A stretch of DNA of 64,000 bases from Rhina ancylostomus (lineage: Eukaryota): the NCBI GenBank assembly GCA_030265395.1, contig JARFYF010000118.1:25876630-25940629 (forward strand). Reading direction: 5' to 3'. Positions 25,948 through 37,205 of the stretch are shown here, one piece after another. The notes under the pieces were generated by a model. That model was not told the DNA's origin, searched no databases, and was given only the letters and a program-made list of their open reading frames with translations. How positions within the stretch are numbered: position 1 is the stretch's first letter; every line of letters starts with the position of its first letter. The position numbers were made by a program, and so were the translations under genes.

Positions 25948-26080
25948 CAATAAAACAGAAAATGCTGGAAATACTCAACAAGACAGGCAACATTGGTGGA
26001 GAGGGAATGAGAGTTAATGTTTCAGGTCCATGACCTTTCCTCAGTTCTAATAAATGATTATCATCCTGAAACATTGGCCT
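25948..26080. mobile_element. Penelope-derived repeat with two degenerate back-to-back hammerhead-like arms
   Basis: aaacagaaaatgctggaaatactcaacaagacaggcaacat...gagttaatgtttcaggtccatgacc (minus), then agttctaataaa...cctgaaacattg (plus). Inserted just after a DeuSINE-type head at 25860-25930. Confidence 0.55.
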
Positions 26081-26233
26081 AGAAATTGCTTTACTACATT
26101 TTACTGGCATTAAAATAGCACTGACTGTCCCCCNNNNNNNNNNNNNNNNNNNNNNNNNNNNNNNNNNNNNNNNNNNNNNNNNNNNNNNNNNNNNNNNNNN
26201 NNNNNNNNNNNNNNNNNNNNNNNNNNNNNNNNN

Positions 26234-26420
26234 AGAGGAGAGAACACACTTAGAGCCAGAGAGTAAGAGACTCAGAGCCAGATACAGAAAGACACACACA
26301 CTTACAGAGAGGGGGGGGGGAAAGAGGGGGACTTTGAGCTAGAGTGAGAGTAAGAGAGACTCAGAGCCAGATAGAGAGACACACACACTTACAGATACAG
26401 GGAGAGGGAGATACATACAG
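26234..26420. repeat. GA/CA-rich imperfect tandem repeat
   Basis: gagagtaagaga(ga)ctcagagccagata..agacacacacacttacaga unit occurs twice, next to a gap. Confidence 0.8.
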
Positions 26421-26424
26421 AGAA

Positions 26425-26720
26425 GTCAAAGGCCATACAACAGGAATGCAGGGCAGCAGGATACTGTGTAGAATACACTCCTTTTAATCCATGACTCACT
26501 GCACCACAACTCTGAAGCATACATTTCCTTTGTGTTGCTGCGAATTCAGTTCTTCCCCAGAATCGCCGTGATATGTGAGAAAGAATTCCACACTCCACAG
26601 CAATGAGTACAACATTCAGAGCGAGCGCTTGGCTGCATCCTAACAATTCAGCAAACCATTCCAAACTGTAAACAGACCGCAATGCATTCTCAGCCACAAG
26701 TTACCACAGGGTTGTTTCTG
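26425..26720. promoter_or_regulatory. Candidate intronic enhancer (motif cluster)
   Basis: Unique-looking sequence with AP-1 TGACTCA (26492), RUNX ACCACA (26503, 26703), TEAD GGAATG/CATTCC (26443, 26657), SOX CTTTGT/AACAAT (26528, 26642) and FOX TGTAAACA (26667). Confidence 0.35.
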
Positions 26721-27779
26721 TATCGGAGATTGGTGAACGAGCAGTTTCAGCACACACTGCTGTTTTGATCAATTACAAGTTATTGCAAATGCCAGCATTT
26801 AATCTGGCAGCTATGATACAAGTAGACAACCCTTAAAAGGAACACAAACAAGTAGCATAGAAAGTGAGGGGAATAGAAAGGGAGAGAGAGAGAGAAGGAG
26901 ACGGAGGGGAAGAATCTTCTGCAGGGAGCTTAGGCACCATGGTGAATTAAATTTATGCCAGGATGGAGTGTTGTCCAGCAATAGAACTGGGGCCTGAAAG
27001 TAGAAGGCTTATGTTTTCTCCTCCAGGAGTAAGAATCCATTGATATTAGAGGAGCACTGCAAGAGATTTTATGACTTGACAAGAAAAGGCAAGTTGCAGA
27101 ACAATGAAAAGACTGGGTTTGACCAACTCCCATCTTTTAACCCTTCCATCCCTCACACAGAGGTCAAGCTTTCAAATGCAGGATATTGAGAAGATCATCC
27201 AACATCTTACATTTCCTCCATTTAGATAAGTCAGTGAGTTGGAGGCACAGATGGAGGTCACACAAAGTTTTGCTGGTTCTATCCTATCTTTTCCTGATCC
27301 AGTTGGAGATCTCCCTCTGCTGCAGAAGCAGCTTGAGGCTTTTCAGGAACAGTAACATACCACCAGGCAGCAACTTAATATCGTCACTGAGTACACTTCT
27401 GCCTATTTCTCTTTAACAGCAGCAGCTCATACACCTCCTCATTGTGCATAGAGTCCTGGCTGACTCCAAAGAGAGGAGTGAAGGCAGATCCCATAACTCT
27501 GCCTCTTGTCAGCTGCTTCATATTTACTCTGCACTATCATAATTGCCCTATCTTCTACTCAGTTCTCTGAGAACTCAGCTGATAGATAGGTTCACTACCA
27601 GCTGTAATGAGATCTACGCCAAGTTAATATAAATCTTTGTGCAATTAGCTCTGACACAAGAGGTGCTAATTGATCCAATTATTAGGCTGTTTAATGTCAT
27701 TTCAAGTTCTCTCTATCTGCAGTATTTTACTTTTGAAAGGCTCTCTAAAGTATTTTCCCTTAGATGAAAAAAAATACAA

Positions 27780-28050
27780 AGCCCCATCTATCCTCACAAG
27801 TGTATATGACAATGTTAAAAAAAGGTGAGTTCTCCCTTTTGCTCTGGCCAATATATTCATCCCCAAACCAACATCAAAAAAAATCTATACCTTGCTATAC
27901 TTAATGGAAGTACATGCTGTCAATGGTATGTGATGTCAAGGCAATGATGTCAAAAGTACTTCATTGGCTCGAATATCATAGGAGGCAATAGAGGGGAGGA
28001 GTTGGGTGTGTGGTGATAAAATGCACCATATAGATAGCTATTCTTTCTAT
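27780..28050 (+). mobile_element. DeuSINE/SacSINE1-type SINE (other decayed copies at ~4420-4660, 21690-21940, 35640-35900, 40490-40790, 53270-53620, 54380-54660)
   Basis: gagttctccc...ctggccaatatattcatccccaaaccaacatca...caaaagtacttcattggct...aatgcaccatatagat. Confidence 0.65.
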
Positions 28051-28694
28051 TCAATATATATGTACTTATATCTAAAAATGAAAATGGATGTATATAGTAT
28101 CATGCATACTTTGGACATTTGAGGCATAGTTATTGCAAAGCAGAAAATGAGACAGCACACAGCAGGACCTCCAAAATGGCAATGAGATAGTGGTCAAACA
28201 ATTTGTTTTAGTGATGATAATTGAAGTGTGAATGCTGGCTGGAACTCTGGAACAATTCCCTTCTCCTTTCAAAATGGTGCTATGGGATTTGTTATGTCCA
28301 TCATAAAACTATCAAATGGAATGAAAATCAGAAGAAACGTCTAACAGGTTGATTGAATCGATTTGATCCACATAATACTCACCATTTCTCAGCAGTATTA
28401 AGACCAAATTACAAATCAGAATAAAAAGAAGAAAAATAATTGTAAGTATGTTAAATTCCACCATTCTAGATTCTTTTGTTGTGTTGTGAATAAGGCTACT
28501 TTGTTATTATGAGATACCAAGTGCCCTATGTAATAATAACCTCCTATTATTTCTTTCTATAAGAACATCAATGAACCATCTTCATGACCATATTTCCCAA
28601 TTCATGATCCTTCAAAACTATTTTTATATTAATTCAAAGTCCTAAATTTTCATAGTGGGATTTAAATTTTATTTTCTGAATTTTTAATCTCAAT

Positions 28695-29770
28695 CAATTT
28701 TTAATGAATATTTTGCTTCAGTGTTCACCAGGGACAGGGACTTTGCCAAATGTGAAGTCAGCATAGAACAGGCTAATGTGCTGGAGCATGTTGAGGTTAA
28801 GAAAGAAGTACTGTTGCAGCATCTGTAAAATATTAGAATAGATAAGTCTCCAGGATAGGAATGGATATACCCCAGGTTACTACGGGAGGTGAGGGAAGAG
28901 ATTACTGGGGCATTAACAATGATTTTTGCGTTCTCCATTGCCACATGGCAAATGTAGTTCTGTTGTTCAAGAAAGGTAATAGGGATAATCCTAGAAATTA
29001 TAGATTTGTGAGTCTTACATCAGTGGAGGGCAAACTAATGGAGATGATTCTTAGGGATGTGATTTACAAACATTTGGAGAAGGGTAGTCTTATTAGGGAT
29101 AGTTAGCATGGCTTTGTGAGGGGCAGGCTATGCCTCATGAACCTAATTGAGTTTTTCGAGGAAGTGACAAAACAAATTGATGAAGGTAGAGTGGCGGATA
29201 TGGTGTATATGGATTTTATTAAGGCGTTTGACAAGGTTCCCCATGGTAGTCTCATCCAGAGATGTATGAGGCACGGAATCCACTGAAACTTGGCTGTGTG
29301 GATTCGGAATCAGTTTGCCCACAGAAGATGGTAGCAGATGAAGCACATTCTGCCTGGAGGATGGTGACTAGTGGTGTTCTGCAGAAATCTGGTGAGGATT
29401 TAGAGAGGGTGGAGAGGAAATTTAACAGGATGCTGTCTGGATTAGAGAATATGTTTCATAAGAAAAGGTTGAGCAAGCTAGGGATTTTCTCTTTAGAGCA
29501 ACGAAGGATGAGAGGTGACTTGATAGAGGTGTATAAGATTATGAGGGGCATAGATAGAGTGGACAGCCAGCACCTTTTCCCCAGGGTAGCAATGGCCAAT
29601 ACCAGAGCAAATCTGTTTAAGGGTCAGAGGATGAATGTTCTGGGGAGATGTCAGAGGTAGGTAGAGGCAGGAAGGAAGGGTTAGATTGATCCTGCAGTAG
29701 GTTCATATAGTTTGGGACAAAATTGTGGGCCGAAGGGCCCATACCATGTTCTACTGTCCTCTGTTCTGTC
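28695..29770 (+). mobile_element. CR1-type LINE ORF2 RT fragment with internal deletions
   Basis: ANVVLLFKKGNRDNPRNYRFVSLTSVEGKLME..., gtgtatatggattttattaaggcgtttgacaaggttccccatgg (VYMDF.KAFDKVPH), VTSGVLQ, then a jump to LERVERKFNRMLSG...RGDLIEVYKIMRG. Confidence 0.93.
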
Positions 29771-29905
29771 CCAACTTCTATACTCAGTGCCCTGACTGAT
29801 GAAGGCCAGCGTGCCAAAAGCCACCTTCACCAACCTGTCTACCTGTGACACCACTTTCAGGAAGCCATGTACGTGTACACCCCAGGCCCTACCACCTTTT
29901 ATCTT
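29770..29905 (-). mobile_element. CR1 internal fragment in opposite orientation
   Basis: Minus-strand GVHVHGFLKVVSQVDRLVKVAFGTLAFISQGTEYRSW. Confidence 0.8.
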
Positions 29906-29929
29906 CCCAAAATGCAACAAATGAAATAC

Positions 29930-30254
29930 ATCACCAAAGGCCGGTCCTGGTTAAATCACGTAGATGCCACGGCCAAGAAAGCTCACCAGCACCTCTTCTT
30001 CCTCAGGAGGCTAAAGAAATTCGGTTTGTCCTCGTTGACGCTCACCAACTTTTACTGATGCACTATAGAAAGCATCCTGTCTGGATGTATCATGGCTTGG
30101 TACGGCAACTGCTCTGCCCAGGACCGCAAGAAGCTGCAGAGAGTTATGGACACCAGCCTCCCCTCCTTAGTCTTTATCTCTCGCTGTCTTGGTGAAGCAG
30201 CCAGCATAATCAAAGACCCCACCCACCTGGGTCATTCTCTCTTCTCTCCTCTTC
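29930..30254 (+). mobile_element. Rex1/Babar-type non-LTR retrotransposon C-terminal fragment
   Basis: KKAHQHLFFLRRLKKFGLSSLTLTNFY*CTIESILSGCIMAWYGNCSAQDRKKLQRV...IIKDPTHLGHSLFSPL. Confidence 0.85.
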
Positions 30255-30354
30255 NNNNNNNNNNNNNNNNNNNNNNNNNNNNNNNNNNNNNNNNNNNNNN
30301 NNNNNNNNNNNNNNNNNNNNNNNNNNNNNNNNNNNNNNNNNNNNNNNNNNNNNN

Positions 30355-30720
30355 TATAAGATTATGAGGGGCATAGATAGAGTGGACAGCCAGCACCTTT
30401 TCCCCAGGGTGGCAATGGCCAATACCAGAGGTCATCCATTTATGGTGAGAGGAGGAACATTTAGGGTAAATGTCAAAGGTAGGATTTTTTTACAAGTTGC
30501 CTTGAATGCACTGCCAGGGATGGTGGTAGAGGCTGATACAATAGGGACATTTAAAAGACTCTTAGATAGGCACATGAATGTAAGGTAAATGGTGGGGGGG
30601 TTATGGGCTGTGTAGGAGGGAAGGGTTAGATTGATCACTGGGTAAGTTTATATAAGTTGATACAACATCATGGGCCAAAGTCCCCGTACTGTACTGTGCT
30701 GTACTGTTCTATGTTCTATC
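30355..30720 (+). mobile_element. CR1 3' end
   Basis: YKIMRGIDRVDSQHLFP...TFKRLLDRHMN with tail gtactgtgctgtactgttctatgttcta. Confidence 0.9.
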
Positions 30721-31899
30721 ACTAGTTTACGAGCCTGGTAACAAAACCCCTACACTGCAACAATCTTTGGGCATATCACTAAAACAAGAATATCAACCCT
30801 CCTGTTCTTCCAACACATTTACATTTCTATATGAACCAACAGTAGAGCATTTATTTACAGATGTTCTGTAGAATTGTTAATAACCATAAGAATAAAAATT
30901 GTACATAAGCAATCTATGATGTGACATTTTACTTCTAGCATTGAGCTATGTGTTCTGCCTGCTTCCATTTACCCCAGCATTTTAAGGGTCAAATGTTAAA
31001 ATAAAACAAATCACACACCCATTATGGAATTCTGTTACATTAGGAATACAAGTCTGGAAGTTACTAAGACCTCCAAACTTCTCCATCAATGACTTCTAAT
31101 GGCAAAGCTCTGTATTGGGAAAATTTACCATGCAATATTAAAGAGCATGAGCTCTGGGAAATTTTGTATTGTGAATTCAAGCATTTGTAATAACAGAGTT
31201 CAAGCTAATCAAACCAGTCTTTCATATATTACCCTAACAGATGCCTAACAGGGCGGGAGAGAATGACTTTCATTCCCTCCTTTCTGGGCTGGGTTTCAGC
31301 CCAGCCCCTGGAGGCAATAGGCCAGTATTCCAACCTGCTCCTCTGCCCAGTCTGTAGCTAACAAGACATTTTTTAAAAAACGCTGATGTTCTGTGAAGCC
31401 AAGTATTCAGATGTAGCTCAGTGACTCAACAGCAGAATAAGTAAAATTTAAGAACTTGCCATCTATATGAATGTAACACTCAATTACAGTCTTGGGAGTG
31501 TTTAGAACAAGGTTCAAGAGAGGTAAGCAGAACCCTCAGTGCTAGAAATGTTAGTACATTTCCTGAGCTTGTACCTTGTTTAACTGAGCCCAATGCAAAG
31601 CTAAACTGATTATTTAAAACAAACGCAAATATTTCCCACACTTGAGATATTTATATCCCTTCCAGCAGTCTCCACATTTGTCCTGAAGATCCCAAGTCAC
31701 ATTGGGCTGCTTTTTCATCATTCTTCAAGTAAATATAGATAGCAATGTATAACTGTGGAGGCCATTATAGCTGAGCTTGATCACGTCTTCACCTGCATGT
31801 AACATCCAGCATAGAGATTCTGAGTCTAAAGACTGTGCGACCAAGCAGCACTGATCAGCTAACTTGCCACACAGGCTGAGATCAAACTTGCGATCTTCA

Positions 31900-32400
31900 C
31901 AGAATGGTCGCAGCACTGAAGGAGACCATTGGTCCCATACGGTTCATATTGGCTCTGTGTAAGACCAATCCAGCTGGTCCCAGTTCCCCCACCCTCTCCC
32001 TATAGCCCTACAAATTCTTTCCTTTCAGATACTTATCCAGCTTCCTTTTGAACAATACAATTGAATCTGCTTCATCACTACCCCTGGCAATGACTCCAGA
32101 TCCAAACCTCCAACAGTGCAAAAATATTTTTTTTAACTTCTAGTTCTTCTGCAAATTACCTTCGTCCCTGAGATCCTAACCAATGGGAACTCTGTCTACC
32201 ATTCATGAATTTAAATATCTCTATCAAAGATTGCCTCACAACTTCCTGTGTCAAGGATAACTCCAGCTTTTCCATTCTAGACATACAAGCACCTCATCCC
32301 TGGAATCATTTTAATAAATTTCTTCAGAATTAACACCTTTCCTGAAGTGTGACATACAGAACTGACATAATACCCCAGTAGTGGCAAAAACAATGTTTTA
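31900..32400 (-). mobile_element. Old CR1-type fragment
   Basis: gcactgaaggagaccattggtcccat...cttcatcactacccctggcaatgactccagatcc, decayed reverse CR1 3' end. Confidence 0.6.
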
Positions 32401-32581
32401 TTAAAGCTCTAAAGAATTCTGGTCAATATGACTCAGTACCAAATGAGCCAGAGGAATTATGAAATAATGAAGTTCAAATTGGATGTGGAGAGGGAAGTAA
32501 AACTATAAAATGTAATTGTATGACTTCCCATCTCAATTAGATACCTGTTCCATCAATCCATACAGCATAGAGTCAATAATG

Positions 32582-32797
32582 GTGGCACACTTGCCGATCT
32601 TCTCCCTCTCATCTGGATTCACCAATCACTCGCCAGCTCTTGCTCCACCCCCTCCCCCAACTCTTTTAGACTGGCAATCTCCCTTCTTTCTTTCCAGTCC
32701 TGATGAAGGGTCTTGACCTGAAATGTTGACTGTCCATTTCCCTCCATAGATGCTGCCTGACCCACTGAGTTCCTTCAGCGTTTTGTGTGTTGCTAAT
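32582..32797 (+). mobile_element. Short Penelope-derived (pLTR) insertion with 12-bp TSD
   Basis: Flanked by gagtcaataatg at 32570-32581 and 32798-32809. Contains a hammerhead core and the agatgctgcctgaccc..gagttcc..cagc..tttgtgtgttgct tail shared with other copies in the window. Confidence 0.8.
32695..32732 (+). ncRNA. Minimal type I hammerhead ribozyme motif (Penelope-type)
   Basis: Stem I cagtc/gactg, core CUGAUGA, stem II gggt-(cttg)-acct, GAAA, then UGUU (consensus CGUH, probable CpG decay). Confidence 0.7.
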
Positions 32798-33479
32798 GAG
32801 TCAATAATGTTAGAATACTCACAATCATCTTTAACCAAAGTATATCATTCAACTATCATTGTTAAACAGATAAAAAGATTTACTTTATCTCAGTTTGCTG
32901 TGATTCCTGGGTGCAAATTAGCAGCCACTTTCCCAACCTTAGGACAGCAAAGGCATTTCATACAATTACTTTTCTGGCTGTGAAGTTATATTTTGGCTGG
33001 CCTATATTAATTCAAGTTCTTTTTTTTAATGTGTAAAGGAAATAAAGTGAGCACATAAAGGGTTACTTGCATTGGGTGGAGTACAGGGTATAGGCAGCTA
33101 ACAGATGACACCACGATTTATTAGTCTGTTAACCAAGAGTAACGTCTTGAGCAAGATTGCATCGGTCTGGATGATGGGTGTATACAATGGACAATTTGCA
33201 TGTTGGCATGTTTAGATCGTGACTTTACTACGAGTAACACGGGTCTGGAATGTTTTCCTCTTAACAGATGTTGAGTGTCTGAATAATTAATTGTCTCAAA
33301 CCCAAATGCAGCATGTGGAATTCTCCTTTAAACTGCTGGTGTGTGTTTCTTTCCCTGTATTCTATGGTGGAATTAACTCACTGGGTGAACTGTATGGTAC
33401 AAATGGTGAGACTAGAATGAAATAAAACAAATGACTTCCAGATCTTCATCTCTTTTTTTAATAAATATGAAAATGCATT

Positions 33480-33905
33480 ATATGGCACCTCTCAGAAGCT
33501 TGGGCTGTTGCAAAATGTTTCACAGCCATTAAAATATCTCTGAAGAGCACACTCTTGTAAAGCAAAGAGGGACAGCAAAGCAATAAAATCCCACAGATGC
33601 CAATGAGATAAATAACCAGAGCCATTTAACAAAGTGAAAGTAAAAGAGCTTGCTTTCATGACTTTAGATCATTACAGAACACTTCAAAATAAGGACCTTA
33701 TGCAACAGAAGCTGGTGATGACATCAAAAATTCTCTGCTCTTCGAATAATTAAACAGGCAGGCAAAGCCTTTTTTATTTTAACATCTCAACTAAACTGCA
33801 GCATTTCTGACAGTGCAGAACTCCCTCACTAGCCAGTAGAGGTATCAGCTAAGATTATAGTCTCAAGGAATTGGAGCAGGGCTGGAACCTCTGACCTTCT
33901 AACTC
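33480..33905 (-). mobile_element. DeuSINE/SacSINE1-type SINE
   Basis: tttcacagccatt...cccacagatgccaatgagataaataaccag...ctgacagtgcagaactccctcact...gaacctctgaccttctaactca. Confidence 0.65.
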
Positions 33906-34369
33906 AATGACCTTCATATTTACAGTAGCCACACTAACACTGAAAGGAAAGGTGTTTACTGAAGCCAAGCAATGGGTCAAATGCAGTGGATTTAATCTCC
34001 CAATGAGATTAGACAGCACAATTGGATTCAAGAGAATATATTCAAGGGTCGAGAGTTAAAAAGAGAGACAACCCTGAAATTTCACTGCCCATTACTTTTG
34101 AAGAGATTATTTAAAATAGAGACTGATGACTTCATTTATATAGTGGGCACAGGAACTTCATGGAGTTGCAAGCAAAGTGTTTATTAATAATATAATTGCT
34201 CACCATTTCTAGACTGTGTCTAACCATAGCTTTCACCAAGGCACTGATTAAGTACGCGAGGCCGAAGTAAAAGAATGATGGTCTGAGTTCTTCTTCTACT
34301 GAATGATACAATAACAGCTGTTAGTGTTCATAAGGTGCCTTTAAAGTTGGCAAAGAATCCGGAAGAGTT

Positions 34370-34800
34370 CACATCAGGTTAAGAGACAGAACAGACCAAG
34401 CCAAAGAAGGAGGTGCTTAGTCAAAGAGATGAGTTTTAAAAAGCTGAAGAGGTTAGGAGAAGGAATTTGGGAGTTTAGGATTAAGATAATGAAGGCATGG
34501 CCACCAATGAAAGTACAGGACGAGAGAATAGGAGGAACTCTGATCCTTGAGGAGTCAGAGGTGATATAGTAAGTGGTAGAAAAGGTTGTCAATGCGATTT
34601 GAACATATGCTTAGTATTTCAGAATTGCAACATTGATCATCCAGGAGGTAATTTGACTCATCAACACCTGTAGATGAACAAGATTTCATACAGGTTAGGA
34701 TTTGGGTCGCAGAGATCTATACCAGCTCAAGTTTATTGACAGTGAGAGATGAAAGGCCTACCCAGGTGCACAAGAATAGTTGCAGCTGAAGGTAACTAAA
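34370..34800 (-). mobile_element. Decayed L2-like LINE fragment
   Basis: ttagtcaaagagatgagttttaa...ggaatttgggagtttagg...tgaaggcatggccaccaatg pattern of reversed L2-type 3' regions. Confidence 0.45.
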
Positions 34801-34854
34801 GCAAAAGGCCTTGATTCNNNNNNNNNNAAAAGACAAGAGTATAAAAGTAGTAGG

Positions 34855-35115
34855 GTGACAGGTTCAATTCTCAGCTTGTGCCAAGTTGGCTGAGAAGCAG
34901 TAGGCTGACATTTATAAATGGCCCCAGTCTTCCAGGCTGCAGAGGGGAAAAAAAGTCAGCATGCTTCCTTTCTCTGATTAATATCCAGCATCCCCAGCTA
35001 GTAGGTGTGGACATGTAATGAGGGAAGGGTTGGGTTGGCTATGATGACTTCCATTAGAAAATAGCTTGTTGACCCTCACTGTCTGGGCTCACACATGAAG
35101 GAAGGCTACTGATTG
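34855..35115 (+). mobile_element. AmnSINE2-like ancient SINE (related copies at 9910+10290-10450, 24400-24640, 53930-54170)
   Basis: ggttcaattctcagcttgtgccaagttggctga...gaggggaaaaaaagtcagc...ctgattaatatccag...gtgtggacat..tgagggaagggttgggttggctatgatg. Family name from memory. Confidence 0.5.
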
Positions 35116-36904
35116 AGCTAATGCTGTTAGAATGAGCCAGTGCCTTGGAAGAGGAAGGAAGAAAACTGGCTTGGCTGACATATAGAAAGGTGGGACATGG
35201 GCTGATCTCCAAACTTGCCAGAACCCAGGTCCATAAAGTGCCCCACTCCAAGTTGCTGAATGCAAGCACTTAACTGATGGAAAGGGGAGGGGTGCAGAAT
35301 ACTATTTTAATGAAAAACAGGAAAACATCTGATTGTTAGCAATCTCTTTTTAAAAGACTGCAACCAGTTAGCAGGTCACAATGAAGAAAACTGGTATTCT
35401 TGCACTGAAAGATGAATTTTACACACCAGCTGTTTTCCAAACAGGAGGGAGTATTCGTCCTTTTGGCATGTATCTGCGCATAGGCTTACTCATTACAACT
35501 CCTTTCATGCCAGCCCTACATCCAAACCTCTAGCCTCCATAAATATCCAGGTTATAAAGACCTCCCAGAAGCTCCACTGTATGTCTGGCAAGGTCTTAAG
35601 ATTTGTTTGCCTGACAGTCACTCAGTTGAAGTCTGAGGTAGCTCTGATCCTGCACTCTAGCTGAAGCCCTGACTCTCCAGTCAAGGGCTCTGGAAGCTCT
35701 ACATTCTGGAATCAACATCTGGTATCCTACCCCTGAACAGCATCAAACAATCCAGTTATTACTCTTTGCTGTTTGAGAGTTTTTGTCATTCACATATTGG
35801 CTACAGCTTTTCCAATGTAATACAACAAATCTCATTGCTTGCAAAGTGCACTGTGACATTGAGGACTTGGAAGATATTATGAAAATGCAAGTACTTTCTT
35901 TCTACCAAGTGTGCTAAAGCAAATTTTCAATGTGGCAGAGAAGAATTTGTGCTCATTAAAGTGGGAGTTGTCAGTCTGAGGAAACATGAAACTCTTATCC
36001 AGTTGTGAATCTAGTATTAGCCATGAACACTCCAAAATTATTTAAACAACAGGCAGATGCCAGTTTACTATCCTGTATATCCCAACCCTTCCTTGCCAGC
36101 CCACACTAACCTCTTGTCCCAGATTGGCCATTCTTGCAACCCCAGTCAGATTGCCAATTTGTTTCCAGTCTACCAGCTTTGACATGAGGGCCTCTGTTGG
36201 CTGGAAAATAAATGTGATGTGGCCCGAATTAGGTTGGCTGCAGCAAGATCCAAGCCCCAGAGAAGGAACTTTGTAACCCTTGTATGACAGAATGGTGGAC
36301 TACATGTTCTTCTACTGGGAGGCTTTATGCTGGAAGTGCATAATAGGAATTTGTTTTTTTGTGTCTGAATTCCCAATGTACACAAAGCCCCATACCAGCA
36401 GAGCGAAAACAAAAATTTACTCCATTTTCCTTTCAGATCTAAGTCCTGACTTCAGTTCCAACGCAAACACAGAAAGCAAACAAAGGAACACAAGGACTGG
36501 AAGAAACCAGTGCTGGCTCATCCCAAGGTTAAAACTCCTCTTTCTTCAAAACCACGTAATTGTTCAACTCAAATCTGTGTATTGATAGAAATGCTTCATG
36601 TTTTGTTTCATGGAAGGTAAGGAGAAAAGTTCAGTTTTCCTTAACAAAGGGAATATCTGGTAGTGTGTGTGTGAATAGAAGAGTCAGTCTCAGTGAAGGG
36701 AAAAACCTTCAGGAATAGATTGTCATTTTTGTGTAAAGCTGGCATTGTGGATCAAACACCAGTTACAAATAAAATCAAAATTTCATATCAGTGGTGAAGC
36801 TTTTACATCATTTTTACGCCCAATAACTATTTTAAAATCTCCTTCTGAGTTCTTGTGCTGAAGATCAAGCAGTTCCTTCTTGAATTTAGCAATTCATTGT
36901 CTCT

Positions 36905-37205
36905 TAATGCTAAGAGTTAATAATGGGGTGCCTAAAATATGAGGGCATAGGTTTAGGCTAAAGGGGTAAAAGGTTTCAAGTGGAACGGAGGAGGAATTTT
37001 TCACCCCAGTGGTGGTTGGAATCTGAAATACTTGCCTGAGTATGTAGTGGAGGTTGGTACTCTCACAACATTTACACATCACTAAAAAGGTATAGAAGGC
37101 TATGGACCAAGTGCTGGTAAATTGAACTAGTATAAATGAGTACTTAATGGTCAGCATGGGAAAAGTAGGCTGAAGGGCCTGTTTCAGTACTGTATGATTC
37201 TATGA
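36905..37205 (+). mobile_element. CR1 3' fragment
   Basis: gagggcataggtttaggctaaagggg...ggctgaagggcctgtttcagtactgtatgattctatgact. Confidence 0.8.

Noticed and set aside
31286-31307. GC hairpin gggctggg-tttcag-cccagccc
   Set aside because: An 8-bp stem with no supporting context can occur by chance in 64 kb.
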